64,000 bases of DNA, taken from an uncultured Hormoscilla sp. GTDB lineage: Bacteria > Cyanobacteriota > Cyanobacteriia > Cyanobacteriales > Desertifilaceae. Both the position numbers and the translations under genes were made by a program. The notes beneath the pieces were generated by a model. It was not told the DNA's origin, ran no database searches, and was given only the letters and a program-made list of their open reading frames with translations. Below, in pieces: positions 11,699-22,980 of the stretch (positions are counted from its first letter, which is position 1; each line of letters begins with the position of its first letter). The stretch lies in contig OZ001293.3 of assembly GCA_963921275.4 (NCBI GenBank), positions 6,016,001 through 6,080,000 on the forward strand. The letters are read 5' to 3'.

Positions 11699-13471
11699 AT
11701 GAGCACGATGTCAAAATCGATGAATGAATGGAAGGATATCCCCTGGCCTCGGCTGGAACGGGTAGTCTTTAAGTTGCAAAAACGAATTTACAGAGCGGCA
11801 CAAGAAGGCAATAAGCAAAAAGTTCGCAGGCTCCAAAGGTTACTGGTAAGCTCCCGGGCTGCCAAATGTCTAGCGGTACGACGGGTTACACAAGATAACC
11901 AGGGAAAGAAGACAGCCGGTGTGGATGGTGTGAAATCACTAACCCCAAAGCAACGCCGAGAACTGGTAGGACAGATTGAAATCTCAAACAAGGCTAAGCC
12001 TACACGTCGTGTATGGATTCCTAAGCCAGGGAGAGAAGAAAAACGTCCTTTAGGAATACCCACGATGCACGACCGCGCGAATCAAGGGCTCCTCAAGATT
12101 GCGCTCGAACCCGAATGGGAAGCATATATGGAGGGGAACTCATACGGATTCAGACCGGGTCGGGGATGCCACGATGCAATTGCGGCAATATTCAGCAGCA
12201 TTAAACAGAAACCCAAATGGGTATTAGATGCAGATATTGCGAAATGTTTCGACAGGATAGACCACAAAGCGCTAGTCGAAAAATTAAATACTACGTCACC
12301 AATCCGTAAACAAGTACGGGCATGGTTAAAAGCCGGGGTGATTGACAAGAAGATATGGCACACAACTGAGGCAGGAACGCCACAAGGGGGTGTCATATCC
12401 CCACTGCTAGCCAATATAGCCCTACAGGGGTTAGAGGAAGCAGTAATGGAATTAGCAAAGACACAAAGGGAAAAGCAAAAGCTGACGGTAGTCAGATACG
12501 CAGACGACTTTGTGATCATGCATGAAGACAGGGAGATGATAGACAGAGCGCAAACAGTGGTGGCAGAGTGGCTAAGAAGAATAGGGCTTGAGTTGAAGGC
12601 CGAAAAGACAAAGATAGCCCACAGGCTAAATGGAGAAAACCCGGGATTCGACTTCCTAGGATTCAATATAAGGCAATATAAAGAGGGAAAATACAGAACC
12701 GGCAAATCAACAAACGGAACACCCCTAGGATTCAAAACCCTAATCAAACTCAGTAATAAGTCCATAGGGAAGCATAAAGAACGGTTATCAGAAATGGTAA
12801 CTAGCCATATAACAGCACCACAAGCGGCCCTAATAAGCAGGCTAAACCCGATAATAAGGGGATGGTTAAACTACTTTAGGACAGTGGTAAGCAAGGAAAT
12901 TTACAGCGATATGGACAACTACCTATGGAACATCCTATGGCAATGGGCCAAAAGGAGGCACCCTAACAAGTCAAGTAACTGGATAACCTATAAATACTGG
13001 TCTGTAAACCAGGATGCTAAATGGCGATTCCGAAGCAAGACAAAAGAGGGTGATATGAAGATACGCAAACACTCCGAAACTGAGATAATCAGACACGTAA
13101 AAGTGAAAGGGACCGCAAGCCCATACGACGGGAACCTCACATATTGGAGCACAAGATTAGGCAAAAGCCCCGAACTGAGTAAAAGGGTAGCAACGCTACT
13201 CAAGCAGCAAAAGGGAAAATGCCAACAGTGCGGACTAACGTTTATGGATAGTGACAAATGGGAAGTTGACCATATCATGCCCCTTTCACTAGGAGGTAAG
13301 GACCGGTATGACAACCTACAGTTGCTACACAAACACTGCCACGACAAAAAGACTGCCAGCGATGGCAGTAGCCGTACCCATGACAAGGGTGGCGTGACCG
13401 AGGAGCAGGATGAGGCGAAAGTCTCATATCCGGTTTTGAAGACGAGTCGGTCCGGTGACGGACTGGCTTAG
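11699..13471 (+). CDS. ltrA: Group II intron reverse transcriptase/maturase with HNH endonuclease
   Basis: GKKTAGVDG, RPLGIPT, SYGFRPGR, GTPQGGVISPLLANI, RYADDF, C-terminal CQQC...DHIMP...NLQLLHKHCH; 590 aa, uninterrupted. Confidence 0.96.
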   Translation: MSTMSKSMNEWKDIPWPRLERVVFKLQKRIYRAAQEGNKQKVRRLQRLLVSSRAAKCLAVRRVTQDNQGKKTAGVDGVKSLTPKQRRELVGQIEISNKAKPTRRVWIPKPGREEKRPLGIPTMHDRANQGLLKIALEPEWEAYMEGNSYGFRPGRGCHDAIAAIFSSIKQKPKWVLDADIAKCFDRIDHKALVEKLNTTSPIRKQVRAWLKAGVIDKKIWHTTEAGTPQGGVISPLLANIALQGLEEAVMELAKTQREKQKLTVVRYADDFVIMHEDREMIDRAQTVVAEWLRRIGLELKAEKTKIAHRLNGENPGFDFLGFNIRQYKEGKYRTGKSTNGTPLGFKTLIKLSNKSIGKHKERLSEMVTSHITAPQAALISRLNPIIRGWLNYFRTVVSKEIYSDMDNYLWNILWQWAKRRHPNKSSNWITYKYWSVNQDAKWRFRSKTKEGDMKIRKHSETEIIRHVKVKGTASPYDGNLTYWSTRLGKSPELSKRVATLLKQQKGKCQQCGLTFMDSDKWEVDHIMPLSLGGKDRYDNLQLLHKHCHDKKTASDGSSRTHDKGGVTEEQDEAKVSYPVLKTSRSGDGLA

Positions 13472-13573
13472 TTTAATTGTACTGTCTCGGGGTTTGACGC
13501 CAACGGGCATCTGCATGGCGATGTAAGGTTCCTAAACCAGAACGTCTAGTAATACTCGATCGGCAATGTTGGT

Positions 13574-15315
13574 GGATGGGGTCGAGCCGGGAATCGCTTC
13601 CCGACCCTCCCTTGAGGAACCGGACTTGCGATTTTCACCGCATCCGGCTACTGGGTACTAGGCCCTTTTCATAGGTGGATGGGGTCGAGCCGGGAATCGC
13701 TTCCCGACCCTCCCTTGAGGAACCGGACTTGCGATTTTCACCGCATCCGGCTACTGGGTACTAGGCCCTTTTCATAGGTAGACTTAATAGGAATTACTTC
13801 CGTTAGCCCTTGCCGCCTGTCTTTTCTTCCCTTTCCTGGTTTAGCGAGTGGTTGTTCTAATAACCGTTAGTATCACCATTTTCAAGTCAGTTTTACCAGT
13901 TATCCATACCTTATCCTCCACTTGCGTTTCGGATTAGTTCCGTGGCTTTTTAGGATTACTCATTCCAGCAGCTTCCTAGTATCACCGACCCACGTCAGCG
14001 CTGGCTACCCAGCATCATCTACATTACTGTAGATGTTATCCCAGGAATTACCCCGGGCATTCGCTTCTTGGGCCATCCCTCCCCCCGTGGCTTGCGCTTA
14101 ACATCTAACTTGTCCTGATGGACAGCACACGAGAGGTTACTTCGTTCCCTAACAACATTTCGCGATACCTTTAGGTCCACACTATACCCCGGGAGCTATT
14201 TGAGTACTATATTAGCCAGAGTCTAAAACTAATACTAGCTACCATTTCCTTTTTAGGCCAGCGCATATAGCCTTATTTCGCTGGTTCCTTATAACGAGGC
14301 TTGCACATGTTTGCCTGCTCTAACCTTGGATATCTTTCCTAGCGGCGTCACCGGCTTAGGCTGCCAGTTATCCTACATTTGAGTCCTCGCTTAGCACCAC
14401 GATGATGTCGCTTCGTAGCACCGAGGACCGGTGTCACCCCCGTACCTGGGGGGAGGGGAATTTAACCCCCATGCGGTCAGAGTTCCCGGCTAATGAAACC
14501 GGGCTAGCGTTCCGTGTTTGACCACGTTAGGCTAGAACGAATCGCACAGACTTAATAGGAATTACTTCCGTTAGCCCTTGCCGCCTGTCTTTTCTTCCCT
14601 TTCCTGGTTTAGCGAGTGGTTGTTCTGATAACCGTTAGTATCACCATTTTCAAGTCAGTTTTACCAGTTATCCATACCTTATCCTCCACTTGCGTTTCGG
14701 ATTAGTTCCGTGGCTTTTTAGGATTACTCATTCCAGCAGCTTCCTAGTATCACCGACCCACGTCAGCGCTGGCTACCCAGCATCATCTACATTACTGTAG
14801 ATGTTATCCCAGGAATTACCCCGGGCATTCGCTTCTTGGGCCATCCCTCCCCCCGTGGCTTGCGCTTAACATCTAACTTGTCCTGATGGACAGCACACGA
14901 GAGGTTACTTCGTTCCCTAACAACATTTCGCGATACCTTTAGGTCCACACTATACCCCGGGAGCTATTTGAGTACTATATTAGCCAGAGTCTAAAACTAA
15001 TACTAGCTACCATTTCCTTTTTAGGCCAGCGCATATAGCCTTATTTCGCTGGTTCCTTATAACGAGGCTTGCACATGTTTGCCTGCTCTAACCTTGGATA
15101 TCTTTCCTAGCGGCGTCACCGGCTTAGGCTGCCAGTTATCCTACATTTGAGTCCTCGCTTAGCACCACGATGATGTCGCTTCGTAGCACCGAGGACCGGT
15201 GTCACCCCCGTACCTGGGGGGAGGGGAATTTAACCCCCATGCGGTCAGAGTTCCCGGCTAATGAAACCGGGCTAGCGTTCCGTGTTTGACCACGTTAGGC
15301 TAGAACGAATCGCAC
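13574..15315 (-). mobile_element. ORF-less group II intron, variant B (outer copy of self-nested twintron 2), sense to rsmB
   Basis: 15315-14548 (768 nt) plus 13676-13574 (103 nt) = 871 nt, matching the free copy at 58434-59304; removal gives in-frame AAG TTT|ACC AAC. Confidence 0.93.
13677..14547 (-). mobile_element. ORF-less group II intron, variant B (inner copy of twintron 2)
   Basis: Complete 871-nt copy GTGCGATTCG...GACCCCATCC inserted at TAAGTCT|ACCTATG of the outer copy. Confidence 0.93.
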
Positions 15316-15644
15316 AAACTTTTCTAGGTTACGTATGTCCTCCGCACAGATTTTAATTGACTGCAAGTTCAAGCGATCGCAGTTTTGGGTCAGTTTTTTC
15401 AGGCGGGAGGCGCTGCGATCGCAGGCCCAAACGGTTCCCCGATCTCCCATCAACTCGGCGATATGTGTAGTTTTGCCTCCGGGTGCCGCACAGGCATCGA
15501 TTACTACTTCACCAGGTTGGGGGTCGAGGAGATATGTTACTAATTGAGCGCTACTATCTTGTACCATCCACCACCCTTCCTGAAAACCGGGTAATTCCCT
15601 AATCGATCCTATTCTATCATTTAATCTTAAACCCGCCATCCTCA

Positions 15645-15873
15645 CCCCCACCATAAATGGTGGGGCTACAGGAACAAAGCCCGCCTGCGCGGGCTCAGAT
15701 ATTTCCTCCCCCTCCCCCACCATAAATGGTGGGGCTACATGGACAAAGCCCGCCTGCGCGGGTTGATCTATTATTCCTTCATCGCCCTTTTCCCCCACCA
15801 TAAATGGTGGGGCTACACCGAACAAAGCAATGTCCGGAGCGAGCGCAGCGTGGCAACCTTCCTGCGCGGGCTG
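15645..15873. repeat. Three REP-like palindromic units inserted in frame in rsmB
   Basis: CCCCACCATAAATGGTGGGGCTAC..ACAAAGCCCGCCTGCGCGGG x3; relatives near 38200 and 59680; translate as PAQAGFVxVAPPFMVG repeats. Confidence 0.75.
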
Positions 15874-16611
15874 ATGATATAATGTTTCCGGGACGCGACT
15901 CACTTCTATGCCTGCTGAGTGCATCGCTGCTTCTACTTCTTCTATTGTACTGCGCAGAATATTTACCCGTATGTCAATGGTTGGCGGTTTGTTCAACCAT
16001 TGACATAGTTGTTCTGTTTCTGTTTCCCCTAGCTGTTCTAATCATAGTTCTATTATCCAGTCGAGGTAACTGTGCAAAACTCCCAAACGTTCTACTAGAT
16101 TTTCTGGTAATTTCCATTCCCTATTTTCTTGATGTCGGATATATTGCCGCAGCAAACTGTTGACAAACCCCGCCAGTCTTCCCAGACGATTTTCTTTCGC
16201 TAGTTCCACCGTCCGCTCGACTGCTGCTGCTGGGATCTGACTCAGATACCCCAGTTGATATAAACCTAGATGTAATATTATCCGCAGGTCCGGGTGTTGC
16301 TTGCTGGCTGGCTTTTTGGCCAGCAGATCGATTATATTGTCCAGCGATCGCCTTCTCCGCACTATCCCATACACTAACTCCGTTACCAATGAGCGATCGC
16401 CCCCTGCCAGTTTGGCTTTATGCAGCCAGCGATCGAGGGCCACATCTGCATAGGCCGATTCGGCGATAAATTTCCTGGAGGGCGAGAAATGCTATTTGGC
16501 GGGGGTTGGGTTTCATTGACTATGAAGCTAATGGTTAATTTTCCGATATTTATTATTCTATCATGTTCGCACTACAACTGTCAAGCATACCCGAGGATTC
16601 TTTTGTATATT

Positions 16612-16712
16612 CGTAGGTTGGGTAGAGGCACGAAACCCAACCGATGCATCTGATTTTTGGCAAGCGGATATGACGGTAGTTCGTAGGTTGGGTAGAGGCA
16701 CGAACCCAACCC
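16612..16712. repeat. Two GTAG-type REP-like repeats
   Basis: TCGTAGGTTGGGTAGAGGCACGAA(A)CCCAAC x2; relatives near 19740, 41958 and 42010. Confidence 0.65.
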
Positions 16713-17040
16713 GTGCATCTCATGACGAGCGGATATGATGATGACGAAAATGACGGTGATAGAATGGGAGTCTGGAGAATGCTGTCAAACGGCGATCGGG
16801 ACATCAAAATCTTCCGTTTTAATCATCAGAAGGGATATATCACCATTTTTTTAACTATATGATATACTTGAGGGCAGCACTTTTTCCAAAGAAACGGGAG
16901 CCTCAGAAGAACGTTTCCAGGTAGAACCTGGGAACGAGAATGTGGCAGTTTTTCTCTATCAAAACTTGACGAAATTGTATGTATTATAATGGCAGGAGAA
17001 GATCGGGCAATATGAGATAGGGTACTTTGGAGGTAGATGG

Positions 17041-17283
17041 ATGAAACAGAAGTTTGCAGAAATGTCCAGAAAAGAACTAACAGCTTATATGCTGGAACAT
17101 CGGGAGGATATGGAAGCAATAGAAGCTTTGGTTAGTCGCCGAAGTCCAGATTCGGAAGCAACATGGTATCCGGCACCCTGTACTCCAGAAGGTGTGCCCA
17201 TTGCCGAAAATATCCGCATCATGGAAGAAGCGTTCCGTCAACGAATTGAGGAAATCGATAAAAAGAAGCGATCGCAGTCTTAA
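17041..17283 (+). CDS. Small cyanobacterial protein, DUF6887-like (copy 1)
   Basis: MKQKFAEMSRKELTAYMLEHRED; GGAGG RBS; paralog at 17760. Confidence 0.75.
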   Translation: MKQKFAEMSRKELTAYMLEHREDMEAIEALVSRRSPDSEATWYPAPCTPEGVPIAENIRIMEEAFRQRIEEIDKKKRSQS

Positions 17284-17574
17284 TTTCAACAGGATTATTC
17301 ACATCGCTTTTGACAAAATAAAAAAAATTGCGGTATAGTGGAACATAGGCGGCGGCCTAGAGCATATATAAATGACCGGAATGGGTATCCTGCCGAGATC
17401 CGATCAATGCTTAAATCAAGAAACCAGGTTTTGGGGAAAAACCTGGTTTCTGGGCTACTTGCGGTGAGCGTAGTCGAACCGCTGGCGAATATGGCCGCAG
17501 CAAAAGTGATATGCTCCCAATTAGGCAATGCGGCGAACCGCTATCATGGTATTGTAGAATATGTCATCATTGAG

Positions 17575-17776
17575 GATAGAACCATTAGACCAACGAACGA
17601 CCAAGCGCAATCCTGTCTGCGAGTTTGTCAAATACTGTCCAACGGCTTATCGGGACATCAAACTATTCCGTTTTAGTGAAATAACGGGAAATGTGTACAT
17701 TTTAGCAGGTGATGAACTGCAAATTGTTGTACCCCCTAATGGAATTTGGAGGTTTATCGATGAAACAGAAATTTGA
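17575..17776 (+). pseudogene. DUF6888-like partner gene, frameshifted near 17645
   Basis: PTNDQAQSCLRVCQILSN continues in another frame as AYRDIKLFRFSEITGNVYILAG; overlaps the start of the next DUF6887-like gene. Confidence 0.6.
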
Positions 17777-18002
17777 AGAAATGTCCAGAAAAGAACTTAT
17801 AGCCTACGTGCTGGAACATCGAGAGGATATAGATGCTGTGGAAAATTTGTTTAGTCGCCGAATTCCCGACTCGGAAGCAACATGGTATCCAGCACCATGT
17901 ACACCAGAAGGTGTGCCCATTCCCGAAAATATTCGCATCATGGAAGAAGCGTTCCGTCAAAAAATTGAGGAAATTGATAGAAAAAAGAAATCGCAGGCTT
18001 AA
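17760..18002 (+). CDS. Small cyanobacterial protein, DUF6887-like (copy 2)
   Basis: MKQKFEEMSRKELIAYVLEHRED; GGAGG RBS; highly similar to 17041..17283. Confidence 0.75.
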   Translation: MKQKFEEMSRKELIAYVLEHREDIDAVENLFSRRIPDSEATWYPAPCTPEGVPIPENIRIMEEAFRQKIEEIDRKKKSQA

Positions 18003-18028
18003 CTCGGACATGATTCTTTACATAGCTC

Positions 18029-18058
18029 TTGACGAAATCAAACAAGTTGCAGTATAGT
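18029..18058 (+). promoter_or_regulatory. Sigma70-like promoter, duplicated at 17310-17339
   Basis: TTGACG-18nt-TATAGT here and TTGACA-18nt-TATAGT at 17310. Confidence 0.5.
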
Positions 18059-18178
18059 GGAACATGGGCTGCCTCCTGGGGGCATAAATGGCCCGAATGG
18101 GAAGCATGCCTAGTTCAAAACGCCCAGCAAGTGATATCATAGTTAGGGTCTTGATTCATTCTGTGAAGGATTGAGGAT

Positions 18179-18637
18179 ATGAAATACCAGTTATTCACGC
18201 AAATGCTGACAGGGTTGGCGATCGCCTTAACCCTAGGGACCGCCGCCACAGAACCCAGTGCGGCCCAAAGTAAGAAGTTTTTCTGCGGTAGGAGTGATGG
18301 GGCACCGGCAACAGTGGTGCGGAAAAGCGGGGGAAATGTGCCCATCATTATCTGGGTTGACCGTAGTTTCGAGGCTTCGGGATGGACTCCTCAGCGCCGC
18401 TGTCAGGTAGTCTCTGACAGGTTTCAAGAGTTCGACGATCTGGGTCTGCTGAGATATATCAGAACAGGCACGGTAAATCGCTATCCTGTATTGTGCGTTG
18501 CTAATTACCAAAAGAGGGCTTGCCCGAGCACGCAGGTGCTAATTACACTCGATCGTGGTAGTGATGCGGAGTTCTATTTGCGAGCGCTGCTGAAAACTCG
18601 CAATCACGGTGTGAGGCAACCAGTTTACGAAGAGTGA
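18179..18637 (+). CDS. COP23-domain secreted protein, possibly truncated at the C-terminus
   Basis: Signal-like N-terminus, FFCG, GWTPQRRCQVVSDRFQ, TGTVNRYPVLC. Confidence 0.8.
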   Translation: MKYQLFTQMLTGLAIALTLGTAATEPSAAQSKKFFCGRSDGAPATVVRKSGGNVPIIIWVDRSFEASGWTPQRRCQVVSDRFQEFDDLGLLRYIRTGTVNRYPVLCVANYQKRACPSTQVLITLDRGSDAEFYLRALLKTRNHGVRQPVYEE

Positions 18638-18924
18638 AAAGCATGTCTTCTCTCATGATGATAATGGTGAACTATACGTGGATGTGGAAAAGTGGCTAAA
18701 TGCGCTTCCAGTTGAAGAGGGAAACTATCAACCAGTTGAGGAGGAAAACTCACAAGAATCAGATCGGGTGTGGCGATCGGGTGTATTGAGATGCACGATA
18801 TCCGTGGTCGGATTGTTGTTTGTTATCTAACGGACGCAACAGGTGCATCTGGTCTTCCCCTCAGGCGCAACCTATAGCTGAGGAATATTGCTAAGATATT
18901 TATGGTGAGTTTTAAGGGAGTTAT

Positions 18925-19656
18925 ATGACTGTAACATTACTCAAGACTCCGATCGTTTACCCATACACCGACGGTAAGCCAATGGCCGAGAGTGACTTCG
19001 CACGGGACTACCTTTTCTATGGCGTCGATGTTTTGCAGTACCACTTCCGCAACCAAAAAAATATCTATGTTTCGGGAAATCTGTTCATCTACTATTTACA
19101 AAATGTTCCCGATGCAGTTGTCGCCCCAGATGTTTTCTTAGTCAAGGGAGTTAGCAATAAAAAACGTCTCAGCTACAAAGTTTGGGAAGAAGGTGGTTTG
19201 ACCCCAGATTGGGTTTTAGAGGTGACCTCTGCTAGTACCCGCAATACTGATGAGGAGGAAAAACCCCGAAAATATGCTCAGATGGGAGTGGCTGAGTATT
19301 TTCAATACGATCCCACAGGGGATTACCTGCGACCCCATCAACTTAAAGGCGCTAGTTTGGTTTCGGGCAGATATTCTCCCAAAAAACTAGAAGTCCTAGC
19401 TGATGGGGTATTATCGATTCACTCGGAGGTTTTAGGACTTGATTTGCGCGTCATCTCGGGAGAGTTGCGGTTCTACAACCCTGTCACGGGAAAAATGCTG
19501 CCCTCTTACTCGGAAACACGAGTGCTTGCTGAACAAGCGGAACGGCAACTCCAAGATGCTATTCCTCGATTGCTGGAGATGGGACTGACGACTGCACAAG
19601 TGGCCTCGGCTTTAGGATTGCCTATTGATGCTGTGCCCGATCGCGAAAAGAGTTAG
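18925..19656 (+). CDS. Uma2 (DUF820) family endonuclease
   Basis: YPYTDGKPMAES, VAPDVF, PDWVLEVTS.ST, EYFQYDP. Confidence 0.9.
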   Translation: MTVTLLKTPIVYPYTDGKPMAESDFARDYLFYGVDVLQYHFRNQKNIYVSGNLFIYYLQNVPDAVVAPDVFLVKGVSNKKRLSYKVWEEGGLTPDWVLEVTSASTRNTDEEEKPRKYAQMGVAEYFQYDPTGDYLRPHQLKGASLVSGRYSPKKLEVLADGVLSIHSEVLGLDLRVISGELRFYNPVTGKMLPSYSETRVLAEQAERQLQDAIPRLLEMGLTTAQVASALGLPIDAVPDREKS

Positions 19657-19853
19657 AACTTGCCTGTGGCGGGCAAGTATAATACTTTTTCCTGCGATCG
19701 GACCATCCCATAAGGGAAATCTACGAGGCAAACAATCTCTAGGTTGGGTTTCATGTCTCAACCCAACCTAGGAATTTGATATGACACACTAGACCAATAT
19801 GTCCGGAGCGAGGGGGGAGCATAATTGAGAGATCTTTGTTAAGTAAGAATAAG

Positions 19854-19954
19854 ACCCCCGAAGCAATCTCCCCGACGACCCCTGAGATTGCTTCGGGGGG
19901 GTCCTGGTGGCGAGCGCTAAATTATCGGTTTGGGTTTCCCCCCTCGCAATGACA
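19854..19954. repeat. GTCATTGCGAG/GAGATTGCTTCG-type palindromic repeat; fuller copy at 32782-32935
   Basis: CCCCCGAAGCAATCTC...GAGATTGCTTCGGGGG...CCCCTCGCAATGACA at both loci. Confidence 0.65.
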
Positions 19955-20034
19955 AGTTATTAACCGAGAAGTATTGAGGGAGCCCCCCCTCGTTCCGGAC
20001 AGGTTATTCTCCATATTGATTTACATTGAGAACC

Positions 20035-20395
20035 ATGAAACTATTCTCTAAAATATCGGCAGCGGTCCTTGGTGTGGCAGCTACTATCGCCCTGGTCCAG
20101 TCTCAAATCGCTGTGGGGTTATCTGACAGGGAAGTGGGCGAAGTTGCTCAAGAGATTACAGTGCGGATCGATGGACCAGATAATGGCTCGGGGGCGATCG
20201 TGGGCAAGGAAGGCAATACTTATACTGTAGTTACCAACTGTCATGTGATCGAAAAACCGGGAACCTATACTATCGTGACTCACGGGGGCAGTCGCTATAC
20301 CATTAACTCCAATCAAGGCATATGTCAGCCTGGAGTAGACTTAGCAATGTTGCGATTTACTAGCACCCGACGTTACCGCGTGGCAAATATAGTTC
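20035..20395 (+). pseudogene. Trypsin-like serine protease, N-terminal fragment truncated by repeats
   Basis: ITVRI..GSGAIV, VVTNCHV, DLAMLRF; the catalytic Ser motif is missing and the frame runs into palindromic repeats. Confidence 0.7.
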
Positions 20396-20964
20396 CAGCT
20401 GTGGCCACCTTAGGGAGGCAGGAGCCTCGAAGGTCGTTCCCAGGCTTCGCCTGGGAACGAGGGTCAACTCAGAAGGGGTGCGGTCACAAGTAGTTGATAG
20501 CCGGGTGCATCGGTGATGCATGTAGAACCTGGAAACGAGAGGGTAAAATTTAAGCATTATCCTGTTAGTCAGTTAAAACTCATATCTTGCACCATTCTCA
20601 ACTAGAGGCGGAGCCTCGATAACTCGTTCCCTGGCGGGAGCCAGGGAACGAGGGTAAAACGAAGGTAAAATACCTTTTCCATAAGGCTTTCAGTGGGTTA
20701 AAACCCACTTCAGCTCTTAGCCGTGGGTTTTAACCCTCGGTGTATCGTGGGTAGTGCGAGTACGATGTCCCCGGGGTAGTGCGAATAGCGCGGGGACATC
20801 GAGCGACCACGATACACCGAAGGCGGGCCATGAGGCTAATCGAGAATGGTGCAAGATCTCAGTTAAAACCGACTCCTACCGAGTTATCTGGCTCCCGCCT
20901 GGTAAAGCAGGGGTTTGAACCTCCGGTGGGCCGACAGCGAAGTGAAATAATCCCCCCGATGGCC

Positions 20965-22835
20965 ATGTCTATAACACCCCTTCCCACACCGTCAAATTTA
21001 GAAGAACTGCCTCGGCATCCCATGCCGACAATGTACGATTTACCCAGCGAAAATCCAGAGGATCCCGGTTTGCCAGACGACTTTCATTCCTTACAAGCAA
21101 TACTGCTGCTGTTAACCTTTCAACCCTTCAATTGGGATCCAGAAATGGTCTAGTCGGGGTCGAGCCTATTGTCACCCCCCAACCCTCCCATTCGGAACCG
21201 GACTCTCTTTACCGCATCCGGCTACTGGGAAGCAGGGCATTGTCATTGCTAGGATTACTAAGGATTACTCCCATTGTCCCTCATCTCACGAGATTTCTCT
21301 CCTTTCCTGGTTGGTAAGTGGCGCTGCCAGATAACCTTAAGTATTACCATTTTTCTTTTCTCTGTTTTACCAGTCATCCCACCTTCTAGAGGTTTCGGGG
21401 CTTCTTAGAGATACTTTTTCCCAAGATTTCCTACTTTCACCAACCCGCGTCTGCATGTTGAGGCAGTCCTCAACTTATCCATAGGAATTACCCTAGGCAT
21501 TAGCTTCTCGGGCTATCTCTCCCCTCGTGGCTTGCGCTATGCGCTGCGCGCACGCTACGCGGACGTACATCTAACTGGTTCGGCCCCGTTGAGCCGAACT
21601 GCACACAAGAGGTTACTTCGTTCCCTGGTATCATTTCTCGATGCTTTTAGGCCCCTGCTATACCCCGGGAGCTATTCGAGTGCGATGTTGGCCAGACAAT
21701 ACGACCAACACTAGCTACCATTTCCCTTTTGGGCCAGCGTATAAGCCTTATTCCGCTGGTTCCTATTAACGAGGCTTACACAGGTTCGCTTGTTCTAGCC
21801 ATGAGCATCTTTACTAGTGGCGTCACTGGCTTAGGCTGCCAGCTATCCTACATTTAAGTCCTAGCGGAGCACCACGGCGATGTGACTCCGCAGCACTAAG
21901 GACCGGTAGTACCCTCGACCCCCCACACCTGGGGAGAGGGAATTTAACCCCCATGATAACCAGAGTTATCCGGCAAATGAAACCAGACCAGACTTCACCG
22001 TCGCCAGTTTACGCCTGAACGAATCGCACACAGTCAAATAGATCACAATATCTATTACGAGCTCAATCATCCTTTATGGTATAAACGTCCAGACTGGTTC
22101 GGAGTTGTGGGGGTGCCGCGACTGTATCAAGGGCGAGACATGCGTTTGAGCTATGTCATGTGGCAAAAAGAAGTTAGCCCATTAATAGTGGTAGAGTTAC
22201 TATCTCCAGGTACAGAAGATGAGGACTTAGGTCGCAGGAGGAGCGCACCAGGAAAACCACCCACAAAATGGCAAGTGTACGAACAAATTCTGCAGGTGCC
22301 TTACTATGTTATCTTTAGTCGTTATACCGAAGAACTGCAGGTATTTCGGCTAGTGAGAAACCGTTACCAGATGGTAGCACTGACTCAGGAACCCTTGCAA
22401 ATACCAAAAATCAAGTTGAGTCTAGGTTTATGGCGAGGAAGCTATCTGGGTCGCAACCAACTATGGTTACGGTGGATGACTGAGAGCGGAGATTTGATTG
22501 CCCCTGCCACTGATGAAGCGACAGAAGCTTTGCTTTCCGAGGAAAAAGCTGATTTCCTACGAAGTTTAAGAGCTGCTGAACAAGAAAAAGCTGCTGCTGA
22601 ACAAGAAAAAGCGGAGGCCCAACAGCAGGCCGCTGCTGCTGAACGAGAAAAAGCTGCTGCTGAACGAGAAAAAGCGGAGGCCCAACAGCGGGCCGCTGCT
22701 GCTGAACAAGAAAAAGCGGAGGCCCAACAGCGGGCCGCTGCTGCTGAACGAGAAAAAGCGGAGGTCCAACAGCAACTCGAACAATTGAAAGCCCTACTGC
22801 AAGAAAGGGGTATTGACCCAGATCGGCAGACTTAG
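20965..22835 (+). pseudogene. Uma2 family endonuclease with coiled-coil tail, interrupted by an antisense group II intron
   Basis: 20965-21151 plus 22030-22835 = 993 nt in frame (EMV T|AC SQ), colinear with the paralog at 22981. Confidence 0.88.
21152..22029 (-). mobile_element. ORF-less group II intron, variant C
   Basis: Minus strand GTGCGATTCGTTCAGG...TAGCCGGATGCGGTAAAGAG..CCGGTTCCGAATGG...CTCGACCCCGACT; boundaries fixed by the uninterrupted paralog (ATGGTCT|ACAGTCAA). Confidence 0.9.
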
Positions 22836-22980
22836 AAAAAACCGGGGTAATGAGGCGTCTTGCTTCGTGCCTCGGAACCTGCCGTTGTCAGCTTCCGATA
22901 ATTGCATTATATCGACCCACGGATAAGGTAACATAAGGATTATAACCGAAGATTATCCTGATAATTAACCCCCCAATGCC

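Noticed and set aside
11699..13471. RT as a DGR, retron or defence RT
   Set aside because: It has maturase and HNH domains and lies inside a group II intron with domains V/VI; I saw no template/variable repeat pair differing only at adenines
13574..15315. Simple tandem duplication or assembly artefact
   Set aside because: Nested geometry with exact intron boundaries, an EBS1-matching target and a distinguishing SNP; long-read confirmation is still desirable
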